The translations under genes and the position numbers were made by a program. DNA of 64,000 nucleotides from Eledone cirrhosa (lineage: Eukaryota): positions 103,354,001-103,418,000 of the forward strand of contig OZ024742.1 of assembly GCA_964016885.1 (NCBI GenBank). Direction: 5' to 3'. How positions within the stretch are numbered: position 1 is the stretch's first letter; every line of letters starts with the position of its first letter. The notes below the pieces were generated by a model. That model saw only the letters and a program-made list of their open reading frames with translations, had not been told where the DNA came from and searched no databases. Positions 12,735 through 24,889 of the stretch are shown one piece after another.

Positions 12735-15440
12735 AAAATTTCCCGAATGTGCCAATGTGGACTTGGACAAATCGCATAGGGTCATCCAGATCATATCTAG
12801 ATAGAGTATTTTGTAGGGAAATAGATAGGTCTAGCATAGGCTGTCCACAATTCAAGATAGTCAGCTACACGGACCACAAATTCGTGATCTGTGTGCTTGA
12901 CTTAGATAGGCTTCATAGACGAGGACCCGGCTACTGGAAGCTAAACGCATCCTTACCAGCGCGCAAGGCCTACAGAGACCGGATTAGCGAACTAGATAAG
13001 CGGGCGTTGACGGGGGCCATCGTCAACAACAAGTGGTGGTTTGCTCTGAAAAGAGCGATTAGAATAGAATCGATTAGGTTTAGTAAGGCTTTAGCAATAG
13101 AGAAAAATAGAGCAGAGGGAGAACTAGTTAGAAAATTAGACGAGGCGCTTAGCAAAGGCATTGCGACGGGCGCATGCTACTCGATCCCGGGCAAATGTGT
13201 GAAGCTTTTCAGCGACACTTCGCTCAGCTGTTCGGGGGAAGCGGTGGGCCGGGTCGAGGGATGGACTTCAGTGTCTACCTCGACGGACTGCCGCGGCTCT
13301 CGGCCACTGAGGCGGAGTGTTGCGAAAAGCCGATAACAGCCGCTGAAGTAAGGGAGGCAATGACTGGCTGCACAAGGGGTAAATCGCCTGGTTTGGATGG
13401 TCTGCCCTATGAACTTTACGTACAGATGCCAGACTTGTTCGGAGGCTTCTTGGCGGACGTCTACTGCAACTGGCAACAGAACGGGAGAATTCCCAGTTCT
13501 GTGAGCCGAGGAGCGGTGGCACTGCTGAGAAAGGATCCGAACAAGGGGGATAACATAGATAATTTCCGGCCCATATCTCTGCTAAACACAGAGTTCAATA
13601 TTTTGGCCAAGGTGCTAGCAAAGAGGTTGGCGCTTGTCGTTGGTGGTCTGGTGGGAGAGGCGCAGACATGCGCCATTCCCGACAGATCCATCCACGACAA
13701 CCTCCACCTCATGCGATACATCGTAGAGAGGGTAGCTAGGGAACCTGGCACGGGTGGGTCCTTGATCAATTTAGATCAGTCGAAAGCTTTCGATAGGGTC
13801 GACCATCGTTACCAAGCGGCAGTCCTGAGGGCGGCTGGCTTTGGGCCCGTCTTCAGAGGCTGGATCGCTGCCATGCACAGCGACATCTGCTCTGTGGTGA
13901 GAGTGAACGGTCACCTGTCGGAACCGTTCAACATCATGCGCTCGGTCCGCCAAGGATGTCCCCTCTCGTCCCTCTTGTACGTATTGACTCTCGAGTCATT
14001 ACTGCACAAACTGGAGACGTTGAGGGGCGTCCCGCCCGAACTAGGATGCGGAAGATCCGTGTCAGCATATGCGGACGATGTCACCGTAGTGGTGTCGAAC
14101 GCCAAACACATCGAGGCGATCGGCACTACACTAAGAGAATACGAAGCGGTGACAGGAGCAATGATCAACCAGGAAAAGTCAGTGGGCCTGCAGCTCGGCA
14201 CCTGGAGAGGCAGGTCCATGCCGTCCAACAGCGTCGTCGGACGCTGGACGGACGGACCGGTTAAATTGCTAGGGGTCTGGTTCGGTCCGGACCTCCAGAC
14301 AGACAAAAACTGGGACGAGGTGACGAGCAGGGTGGCTTCTCTGACCCAGAAATGGGCGGAGAGGAAGCTATCCCTGAAAGGTCGAGCGGAGGTGGCTAAC
14401 GCGTACATCGCGTCTGTCATCTGCTACCGCCTGACCGTCGTACCTTGTCCTAAGCCCCGCCTGACTGCGCTGGAGCGTTTGCTCTTTCGCTTTTTGTGGA
14501 AGGGACGCGCTCCGATGGTCAGGCGGTCCATCTGCTGTCAACACCCGCTACGTGGAGGGCTGGGAATGCCGTGGCTGATGATGCGCAGACACGCGCTCAG
14601 GCTACGACATCTCCACCTCTTCTTCGACAGTGATCAGGCGTGGTCGCCGTTTGCTAGACACGTATTTCCCCAGCTCGTTTCCTTGACGGAGCTGCAGTCC
14701 TGGGTCAAGCGAAGACCGAGAGGGAGCGCCTGGAGACTGGAATGTCTTCAGGCGCTCACAGCCCTCGACCAATGTGATCGGGCAATGTGATCGGTGGAAA
14801 CTCCACCTCGGCGTTCTATAGAGGATTAGTGGAGGAGAAGAGCGACGACGTACTTGGGGAAACTCTAGGCGTCGACGAAAATCAACTAGCCAATCTCTTC
14901 GGAAGAACTTTCGGGCCGGGACCTATGGACAACTTCCAGAAATCTCTGGCCTGGCAGTGCTACCGAGGAGCCTTGCCAGTTCGGGATAAACTCTACAGGC
15001 ATGGAGGTGCCGTCAGCCGGGCATGTCCGAGATGCGCGCAGGGCGACGAAACCGTCCTGCACGCACTCGTCCAGTGTGCGAAAATTTCTGACTTGTTGGT
15101 TTATGTCGAACACCTGCTGTCGCGTTTAGGACGGATCCGGCTATCATCTGAGTCCATCGTGAGGATTGCCCCGCCCTCCTCCTTTAGCCGGGAAGGGCAG
15201 GCAGTTTTTATCTGTCTGGTGGCCATGGCGAAAGAGATAGTATGGTGGACACGTTTGAAAGGGCTGAAGACGAGCACTTACCTCTTCGGTGATGCCCTGA
15301 TTAACTTTTTCAAATTTCATTTGAAAAGGAAAATCAGAGTAGAGAGGGAAGTGCTCTCTTCCCAGCATTTTGTTGAAAGATGGGTGAGAGAAGCAAGAAT
15401 GGCCCGAGTGAATGGGCCTACTCTGAGTACGTATCTGTAA
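12735..15440 (+). pseudogene. Tx1 ORF2 (truncated APE endonuclease, reverse transcriptase, zinc finger), disrupted
   Basis: WTWTN..SYLDR..TDH; KSPGLDG, FRPISLLN, LDQSKAFDRV, VRQGCPLS, YADD; CPRC..ETVLHALVQC; frame breaks at ~13175 and ~14787. Confidence 0.92.
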
Positions 15441-15689
15441 ATTAAAGGTGGAAAACTGAGAGAGGGCACTTGCCTTGGTGGTCAGGGTCATTGTGGCCTT
15501 TTACTGGGCTTTCTCCACAAATGTCCCTCCGAAGTCTCCCCCCTATTGGGGAATTTTTCATTGTTATTTTTTTGTTACATCCTCTGTTTTTGTTCTTTAC
15601 ACGCATAAATGCCCATTTGTACCGTCCTGTATTGTCCTGCACTGTCCTTAATGTCTACTTTATGTAAACCCTTATGGTTAATAAAGAAA

Positions 15690-15733
<44 letters not shown>

Positions 15734-15888
15734 TATGATCTTAGTTCAAATCTCGCCGAGGTTAACTTTGCCTTTCATCCTTACGGGGTCGATAAAATAA
15801 AGTACCAGTAATGTACTGGGTAATTGTTGGCCTTGTGCCTAAAGTAGAAACAATTATATTTGTTAATAACATTTATTATAACTGAAAC

Positions 15889-16590
15889 AGGGCGGTGGAT
15901 TGGCAGTATCGGTAGAGGGTCGGGCGCCATGCTTTGAAGCATGGAGTTACCTCCCTTTATGATCTGAGTTCAAATCCCGCCGAGGTTAACTTTGCCTTTC
16001 ATCCTTACGGGGTCGATAAAATAAAGTACCAGTAATGCACTGGGATAATTGCTGGCCTTGTGCCAAAAGTAGAAACAATTATATTGAAACAAGATACCCA
16101 ACTACTGAGTGGGTAGCCATGGTGATTACGTAAGGTATTTGAAGAACATAACATTTTTTGCGTGGCTGAAATTGGTCTCAGATCATAGGCTAGATTTTTA
16201 AACCCGCAACTGTGGTTTTTTTAATAAAAGCCACTGTGTAGATGTAGAACGGTATGTAAGTGGATGTTCAACATGATAGAATAAAACTGGAGTTACCTCC
16301 CATGGTGCACATGTGTGAGTGTGTATCATGCTTATGTCAAATTTAGAAATTGTTTTTAATATTTGTTGATGTATCAGGGCGGTGGATTGGCAGGATCAGT
16401 AGAGCGTTCGATAACATGCTTGGAGGCATAGAGTTACGGCTCTTTGCGTTCTGATTTCAAATCCCACCGAGGTTAGCTTTGCCTGTCATAATTACAGGGT
16501 CGATAAAATACCAATAATGCATTGAGGCGATTTAATGCATTACTTTAATGCATTACAAATTGTTGGTCTTGTGCCTAAATCAGAAACCAA
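15889..16590 (+). mobile_element. SINE copies (15889-16080 young; 16377-16590 older)
   Basis: Same consensus as 4451-4815. Confidence 0.85.
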
Positions 16591-17154
16591 TATTTGTTGA
16601 TGTATAGTCTTTAAGTGCCCCCCCCCCCCCTCAACCAACTAATCTTCCCGCACCTTGGTCTTACCTTCATCCACATCTCTGATTCCTCCTTACCTGTCCA
16701 ACCCATGCCACCATGAAAAAACGGATGCCCCTCCACTGTGTTGCCAGACGCCACGGCAAAATATATTTATTTTATAATGCACGGGATTTCTAGTAATGTA
16801 CTTATTTTTGTCATGTAAATGTTTTTTTAATGTATAAGGAAAATTAATTGTCGCAGGAATGCTACCACGTAAAATAAAAGTTCCATGGAGATAGATTAAC
16901 AAAATTCTATAAGTGGGTGGGGGAATTTGAAAAATTAATAGGTGAGGGGGTGGCGATTATTTGAGACCGGAGAGTACATATATCAACATACTATATATAT
17001 ATATAACATAGATATATACACATAAATATATCGACACATAGACACATACATAGATACTAGTGTATTTATTTCACTTTATCTTCATATTTTTGTACTACAT
17101 TAGGTATTTCTAGACAATATAAATACTATTCAACAAATTTCAAGGGAATTATAT

Positions 17155-17859
17155 AATTGTTTCTACTTTAGGCACAAGGCCAGCAATTACCCAGTGTATT
17201 ACTGGTACTTTATTTTATCGACCCCGTAAGGATGAAAGGCAAAGTAAACCTCGGCGGGATTTGAACTCAAATATATATATATTACGACCATAATATAATT
17301 GTTTCTACTTTAGGCACAAGGCCATCAATTACCCAGTGCATTACTGGTAATTTATTTTATCGACCCCGTAAGGATGAAAGGCAAAGTTAACCTCGGCGGG
17401 ATTTGAACTCAGACTGTAAAGGGACATAACTATGCTGGAAAGCATGGCGTCCGACCCTCTACTGATACTGCATAATGATTTCTACTATAGGCCCAAGGCC
17501 AGCAATTTTTTTTTTTGGTGGGGGGGGGGGGAGACAGTCGATTAAATCGACCCCAGTGCATTACTGGTACAATTTTTATAGACCCCATAAGAATGAAAGG
17601 CAAAGCTAACCTCAGCAGCATTTGAACTCAGAACGTAAATGGCCATAACTCTATGCTATAAAGCATGGTGTCTGACGCTCTATCGATACTGCCAATCCAT
17701 TGTAATAATTGTTTCTACTTTAGGCACAAGGCTTGCAATTTTTTTTTTTTTTTTTTTTGGTGGTGGGGTTCGATTAAATCGACCCCAGTGCATTGCTGGT
17801 GCTTTATTTTATCAACCCTGTAAGGATGAAAGGCAAAGCTAACCTCGGTGGGATTTGAA
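17155..17859 (-). mobile_element. Tandem cluster of four SINE copies or fragments
   Basis: Repeated TTGTTTCTACTTTAGGCACAAGGCC...GATTTGAACTC units separated by AT-rich tails. Confidence 0.88.
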
Positions 17860-18407
17860 TGCTTACAGAATGGAAGTATAGACACAAATAATATATACAA
17901 TAAGTAATGAACACTTCTTACAGAATGAAAAGATAAACATGTAATAAATAAAGTTAGTCATTGCTAGGACCCTTATAAATATAATGCACAAAAATATCTG
18001 ATATAAGAGAGAGAGAGAAGCAAAACAAAACAAAAAAAAACATCAATTCAGATATAAGAGAGAGAAAAACAAACAAACCAAACATCAATTCAGCACTATG
18101 TGCATCAATTGGTCACGTAGCACAAGGGTCAGGGGAAATTTTTGAGGCAAGTCAATACGCTCGCAATATTACAGCGGTTGATGGCGAGGCTAAGGCGCTA
18201 AAACAACCAGGCACCCTCACGGACATCACCTGGCAACTCGATAAAGCGAGCCGCTAACGATGACAAGAACTTCGCTGTCTGTAGCCTAACTCCACCAAAC
18301 GTCTCGAACACCACAGGCTGGAAAAAAATAGTTGTTTGATAGTTCCCTGTAAGAAGTATTAATTAAGTAATACATATTTGTATCTATATTTCCATTCTGT
18401 AAGCATT
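17858..18407 (-). mobile_element. CRE-clade retrotransposon 3' fragment with inverted terminal copy of its tail
   Basis: Minus strand reads FQPVVFETFGG..AKFLSSLAARF..GDVREGAWLF*RLSLAINRCNIASVL; 17858-17923 is inverted at 18347-18407. Confidence 0.75.
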
Positions 18408-18409
18408 AT

Positions 18410-18605
18410 CAGACCTGCCAACATCTAAAAACCCAAACGGGGAGTACCATGAAAAAATGTGTCGCCAAAACGTGGGGAAATGAGGCAAAATGGGGAAATT
18501 TTATATACTGAAAGCTATACCCATTTTCACAAGAGAAGACATCTCTCACCCACCCCAAAGTGGGTGAAAGATTTCCCCGTCGGACGGCGAAAGTTGACAG
18601 TTCTG
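18410..18605. mobile_element. hAT-like MITE
   Basis: TIRs CAGACCTGCCAAC / GTTGACAGTTCTG (11 of 13 match). Confidence 0.6.
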
Positions 18606-18608
18606 ATA

Positions 18609-18927
18609 TGGATTGGCAGTATCGGTAGAGGGTCGGACGCCATGCTTTGACGCATAGAGTTACGGTCCTTGCCATTCTGAGTTCAAATCACGCCGAGGTT
18701 AACTTTGCCTTTCATCCTTACGGGGTCGATAAAATAAAGTACCAGTAATGCACTGGTATAATTGCTGGCCTTGTGCCAAAAAGTAGAAACAATTATTATA
18801 TTTACGGTCTGAGTTCAAATCCCGCCGAGGTTAACTTTGCCTTTCATCCTTATGGAGTCGATAAAATAAAGTACCAGTAATGTACTGGTATAATTGCTGG
18901 CCTTGTACCAAAAAGTAGGAACAATTG
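18609..18927 (+). mobile_element. Two tandem SINEs (second 5'-truncated)
   Basis: Same consensus. Confidence 0.88.
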
Positions 18928-18960
18928 TTATATTTATAGAAAAATAATAATGATATTTTT

Positions 18961-19345
18961 CGTGATAATATAAGTACTTATACTGTATATCATAATATAA
19001 GTACTTATACTGTATATCATAATATAAGTACTTATACTGTATATCAATCTTCTACGTGATAATATAAGTAATTATACTGTATATCATAATATAAGTATTT
19101 ATACTGTATATCATAATATAAGTACTTATACTGTATATCATAATATAAGTACTTATACTGTATATCAATCTTCTACGTGATAATATAAGTACTTATACTG
19201 TATATCATAATATAAGTACTTATACTGTATATCAATCTTCTACGTGATAATATAAGTACTTATACTGTATATCATAATATAAGTACTTATACTGTATATC
19301 AATCTTCTACGTGATAATATAAGTACTTATATATATCAATCTTCT
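18961..19345. repeat. Minisatellite, 27-bp unit ATAATATAAGTACTTATACTGTATATC with a 40-bp variant
   Basis: About 12 copies; some followed by AATCTTCTACGTG. Confidence 0.92.
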
Positions 19346-19609
19346 AAAAAGGTTTATTTTTAACTCTGTAACAGAATAAGTATCTACCTTTATAATTTAT
19401 AATATAATTTAGAATACGTCTAACCCATTAAGTTCATCCTAAAATCTAAAAGCAATGCGTATATGGGTGTATATGGGTCTATATCTATGTCATTGAGATA
19501 TGGTTGTAGTCACTGTATATCTATTATGCATTTATTGGTGTGTATGTATTTGTAATGTCTGTATCTATGTGTGTATGTATGAGTGTATGTGTGTATGTTT
19601 ATGTGAATG

Positions 19610-19646
<37 letters not shown>

Positions 19647-19749
19647 GAGTATATGTTCCTACACGCACAAGGCGCTAAGGGACACATGTATTGTCCAACC
19701 ATATGCCAATGTGGTTCAATGGCAGGTTAATAAATTAACGAGCCAGAAC

Positions 19750-20029
19750 ATATATAATCAAGGTTTAGCAAATAAGAAAAGTTTCAAAATAAATTTTAAA
19801 AAATTAACCTTACTTACTATGGTTACCTTTACCGAATCGATTTCGAGTCTCAAAAATAAACGGAGTCCATACGGCATCCGTTGCAAAGATGCCGTATTTC
19901 TTTGCAACGGATGCCGTATGGACTCCGTTTATTTTTGAGACTCGAAACCGATTCGGTAAAGGTAACCATAGTAAGTAAAGTTAATTTTTTAAAATTTATT
20001 TTGAAACTTTTCTTATTTGCTAAACCTTG

Positions 20030-20038
<9 letters not shown>
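19750..20038. repeat. Near-perfect fold-back palindrome (140-bp arms, 9-nt loop)
   Basis: 19750-19889 mirrors 19899-20038 with about 2 mismatches; abuts (TA)n. Confidence 0.95.
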
Positions 20039-20070
<32 letters not shown>

Positions 20071-20291
20071 GGATTAACAAATAATAGTTAAATGCAGTCC
20101 ACTTAGGTGAAGTCCGGTTATGGTATTCCAGGTAGTGGATGATATTAACGCTTGGCTTGGTTTGACTCAACAAGGCGTTTTCATAGTGATGCTGCGGGTA
20201 TGCTGTAATTCCTATGTTGTAAACACTTGAAGTAATAATAAATCAGGAAAGAAGGTTTACATGGTTTGCTATACAAAAAAGTTTTTAATCA

Positions 20292-20404
20292 CATAGCTTA
20301 CATTTGTTTCACTGAACTGGTCTGTCTAGAGATCGCTATCCGCCTAATTTTGCGTCACTCGATCGCCAATACAGAATTATAACCAGTCAGATCTTCGGAG
20401 CATG
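20292..20404 (-). ncRNA. Degenerate minimal hammerhead-like motif in a probable solo Penelope pseudo-LTR
   Basis: GCU-CCGAAGA-u-CUGACUGGU...ACCAGuUCAG-u-GAAA-C-AAAU-G-UA-AGC; the core has C at position 4. Confidence 0.4.
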
Positions 20405-20754
20405 CGAGAATGAAGAAAATACACAGGCAAGAAAAGAAAAGAAAATATGGAGTAGTTATGGCATTCAATTAGAACAATAACAACAACAATTATTACAACA
20501 ATGCTATCAATAAACTATTTAAGGAGACCCTGACATTACTTAGGTGGGGGGTATATAATGTATCTAATGTTACGGCGTGAAAATCAGCTGTCATAAGGCA
20601 AAAAGTATCGTAGTGTGTATCAATTTTAAATTATAAAGATAAGCTAGTTTTTACAGTCCTTCTCTTCATCTTCAACAGTATACATGAGTGGGACCACTGT
20701 CAAAGCTCAATAGTTGTAGAGTTAATACAGAGGTTAACGAATTAATATACGCAT

Positions 20755-20785
<31 letters not shown>

Positions 20786-21379
20786 AATATATATACACAT
20801 ATATGTGTACATAGACACATACATACACATCAATATACACTCGTACAAAAATATACATACATGCAAAGAGAAAAGCGTGCTAATTGTAGTTATGGCAAAA
20901 AGAAGGTAAAGTAACGTTGTAGTAGTGAAATGAGAAAAACTAGGATCTAGGATCAAATGATTGCAGCAGCTGAGAAGGAGTAAGATTGTTGGTAGATGAG
21001 GTATTTACAGACAATTGTGTGGTATAGACTTGTGAAGGAAATAGTATACTTAATGAATATATGTGTGTATATATATGTGTTATATATGTAGTATGTTGAT
21101 AGATATATGTATATATATTAAAAAAAAACTTGCATAAACTAAATCATATCCAGGACTCGAAACTGTAGGTTACCTCCCTTTCTATGTTATTTTATTCCGT
21201 TGTTTTTCTAACGAATTATTTATTTTTTAGTTAGCATTTCTATGACGTAATAAACTGACCGTCAGAACACTTTTCATTGATGCAGGTCATTAATTTTCTA
21301 AATACAATTCTTTTTTAACACAAACAAGCGTAAAGTATATATATTATTCCTCAAGTTTCTATCATAATTATTATCATTA

Positions 21380-22256
21380 ATTGTTTCTACTTTAGGCACA
21401 AGGCCAGCAATTACCCAGTGCATTACTGGTACTTTATTTTATCGACCCCGTAAGGATGAAAGGCAAAGTCAACCTCGGCGGGATTTGAACTCAGATCGTA
21501 AAGGGACGTAACTATGCTGGAAAGCATGGCGTCCGACCCTCTACCGATACTGCCAATCCACTTATCATTAATATTATTAGATAGGCCGGTAGATTGGCAG
21601 TATCGGTAGAGGGTCGAACGCCATGCTTTGACGCATAGAGTTACGGCCCTTGCCATTCTGAGTTCAAATCCCGCCAAAGTTAACTTTGCCTTTCATCCTT
21701 ACGGGGTCGATAAAGTAATGTACTGGGTAATTGCTGGCCTTGTGCCAATAGTAGAAACAATAGTATTAGATAGGCAATATCGGTAGAGGGTCAGACGCCA
21801 TGGTTTGCAGCATAGAGTTATGGCCTTTTACAGTCCGAGTTCAAATCCCACCGAGGTTAACTTTGCCTTTCATCCTTGCGGGGTGGATAAAATAAAGTAC
21901 CAGTGATGCACTGGGATATTTGGTGGCCTTGTGCCAAAAGTAGAAACAACTATTGCCTAGTTATGCGTTTGAAGAAAAAAAAAACTTTGTATCGAAACAG
22001 ATTAAAGGATTGTAAGGATTAAACTATGTAAGAACTTCTTTCTGTCATCCTAATTTTCCACCTCACCACCATTATTTATTCAATCATAGGGCGGTGGATT
22101 GGCAGCATCAGTAGAGGGTCGGACGCCATGCTTTCCAGCATAGTTACGTCCCTTTACGATCTGAGTTCAAATCCCGCCGAAGTTGACTTTGTCTTTCATC
22201 CTTACGGGGTCGATAAAATAAAGTACCGGTATATGCTCTAGGATAATTGCTGGCCT
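21380..22256. mobile_element. SINE cluster: 21380-21560 (-), 21583-21762 (+), 21770-21952 (+), 22089-22256 (+)
   Basis: Same consensus. Confidence 0.88.
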
Positions 22257-22645
22257 TTATTTCATGACCTCCAGTACTATTTACGTTGTCATCTTAGCAT
22301 CTTTGCTGATCTGAAGCACCATTTAGTTATCAGTCCCCATCATTCTTCTCCATATTCTACCCAACAATTCTTGCTTTCAACCTCCTCGTTGTTTTTTTTT
22401 TATTCAATACGCCTTTCCATACATATGATATATTCACCCGTCACTCTTGAGTGCAAGGATACCTACAAAGCTAATACAAACCGAAATGGAAAACAAATTG
22501 CAAAGTATTTGATATGTTTTATTCACAGTTGTATAAATAACATAAGAAATTGTTTATAATCCTTACTGAATGAAAATATAAACACATATAATAAATACAA
22601 GTAATCATTGCTATGAACCTCACAAACATAATGCGCCAGACGGTC

Positions 22646-24851
22646 TTACTCTTTGTGTGTGCCTGCGTTTGCTAAATTCTGTTTAGCTTTGGAGAATGCT
22701 TTGAGTTGCATAGGTCGCAAAGCGATTGGTTCGTTGTTCTTCTTTCTGTTACGCTGGAGATCAGATAGTTGAGCTAAGAGTTCTGCGCAATACGGGATAA
22801 ACCGTCGATAATAATTTAGGAGGCCCAGGAACTGCCGCAGCTGTTGCAATGAAGTAGGCAGAGGGAGTTCCTGAAGAGCCTTCACTTTCTCAGGAAGTGG
22901 GAATATTCCGTCAGAGTTAATCACGTAGCCTAAAAAGATGAGTGAAGCAGCGCCGAAAATGCACTTCGCAGGGTTAATACGAACTTGGTACTGCCTAAAT
23001 CGTTCAAACAGTTTGCGGAGGTGCGAGATATGGTCCTCCGGTGAAGCACTCGCGATGAGAATATCGTTGATGTAACAATATACAAAATCTAGGTCACGGA
23101 CGACTTCGTCCATAAATCGCTGGAAGGTACTAGCAGCATTGCGTAATCCAAAAGGCATTGTTAAAAACTCGAATGCACCGAAAGGTGTAGTGACAGCAGT
23201 TGTAGGAATGTCCGCAGGATTCACAGGAATTTGATGGTATGCTCTGATCAAGTCCAATTTCGAAAAGATAGTACATCCGTGAAGTGAAGAAGCGAAATCC
23301 TGGATGTGAGGAATTGGGTAACGGTCCGGCACGGTGATCGAATTTAATCGCCGAAAATCTCCAGTGGGATGCCAGTCTCCCGAACGTTTCGGTACCATAT
23401 GCAAAGGCGAGGCCCACAGACTGGAAAAAGGGCGAATGATGCCCAACTGCAGCATATGATTAAACTCTGCCTTAGCCGCTTTCAATTTTTCCGGAGAAAG
23501 GCAACACCGCCGTGAAAAAACTGGAGCATCTTTAGTCTCAATAAAATGCGTGGTAGAGTGAGTAAGGGTATCTACCGCAAAGTTCAGATTAGTTAATTCC
23601 GGAAAGGAATGCAAAAGCCCATGATACGGGTTATCCGAAGCAGCGATGTAAAAGACTGGACTGATAGACTGGATTACTGAAGTACGTCCAGGCGCAGAAA
23701 GATTCGTAGTTGCGTCCAATAAACGACGTGTCCGCACATCAACCATAAGATTGTAATGATGCAAAAAATCGGCACCCAGAATAGGATATGGCAAATCAGC
23801 TATGGTGAAAATCCAAGAGAAATCTCTACGTAATTTCAGGTCCAAAGAGCGAGAGATTTGTCCATACGTAGGAATAGCAGAATGGTTTATAGCTTGTAGT
23901 GATATCTGGAGAGAGGAGGTTTCTCTCTCAAGAGTTTTAAAGGCCAAATGCTGCAAGACGCACTCGTGTCGATGAGGCAACGTGCGTGCGAGAAGAAATC
24001 TGTGATGAAAAATGCACGACTTTCAGTACAGGATTGCGGAGAAGACGTAGAGCTTAATTCTCCGTTACTTCGTTTCCCTAGTTTGAAAAAGAACAAGGCT
24101 ACATACATTTATGAGCAGAGGCTCTGATACGGCTATGGTAACAGCACGATCGCGATGGTGAAGGTTGGAAACGACGATGTGAAGATTGCGAGCGATTTCG
24201 CAACCTTTGTTGGGGAGATCGTGATCTGGATAAACGAAGAAGTTGTACCTCCTTCGTTAGGTCACGGATGACCTTGAGTGTCGCTTCGTTGGTCGAGGTG
24301 GCGCTAGCTGAAACCGATGAGACAGGAGAAGGTGAATATTTCGTTGCAAGTCGTGATGGGGTAGCAGTGGTAGAATTGCCGGAGTACTCCAAGATTTTAT
24401 CAGCGGATGAAGCCAACTGATCCACCGAACTGGTTTCTGTCATAGCTGCCAAAATGGCTTGGACATTAGGAGGCAGCCTAGAGAAAAAAAGTTGTTTGAT
24501 CATGGCGCTGTCAGCTGGTGCGTCTTCCGCAAGCTCTCTCATCCTCCGTAAGAGCTGAGTAGGTGTACAGTCGCCTAGATGCACATCGTTCACGAGAGTA
24601 CGGAACTTCCTTTCCGCCGAGACGGAAGTACGGTTGAGAATTTCTTTTTTTAGGCTGTTATACGTAGCTTCCGGAGACGGGTCGGTAATTAAGTCCTTAA
24701 CCGTTGATGTTAAGGAAGCAGGAATGGCACTCAGCAAAAGATGGAGCTGTCTAGAGTCGAACGATATATTATGTGCGAGGAAAAACGTTTCCATCTGTGC
24801 AAGCCAGATCCGCACATCCCCGCCAAACACCGGTAGTGAATTACTTGCCAT
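22646..24851 (-). mobile_element. Ty3/Gypsy LTR retrotransposon remnant (gag, protease, RT; truncated before RNase H/integrase)
   Basis: gag from MASNSLP with QLFFSRLP and CCYHSR..AHKC; protease LIDTSA and PILGADFL; [39 protein letters not shown] (DD mutated). Confidence 0.93.
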
Positions 24852-24889
24852 TGCAGGAGATAGACGTTCGTAAACTTCACCGCAATAGT

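Larger units (their letters stand above)
10454..15733 (+). mobile_element. Near full-length Tx1-clade LINE, copy 2, with internal deletions
   Basis: 5' UTR, ORF1 with CCHC knuckle, partial APE, complete RT, C-terminal CCHC, 3' UTR with AATAAA; (ATT)n on both sides. Confidence 0.95.

Noticed and set aside
15889-15980. tRNA genes at SINE heads
   Set aside because: A/B boxes are present but there is no proper cloverleaf; each runs into SINE core and tail.
18961-19345. CRISPR-like palindromic repeats with inserts
   Set aside because: The 13-bp inserts are identical, not spacers.
22646-24851. Active or domesticated Gypsy
   Set aside because: Frameshifts, catalytic DD changed to ND, truncation before RNase H/integrase, no paired LTR.
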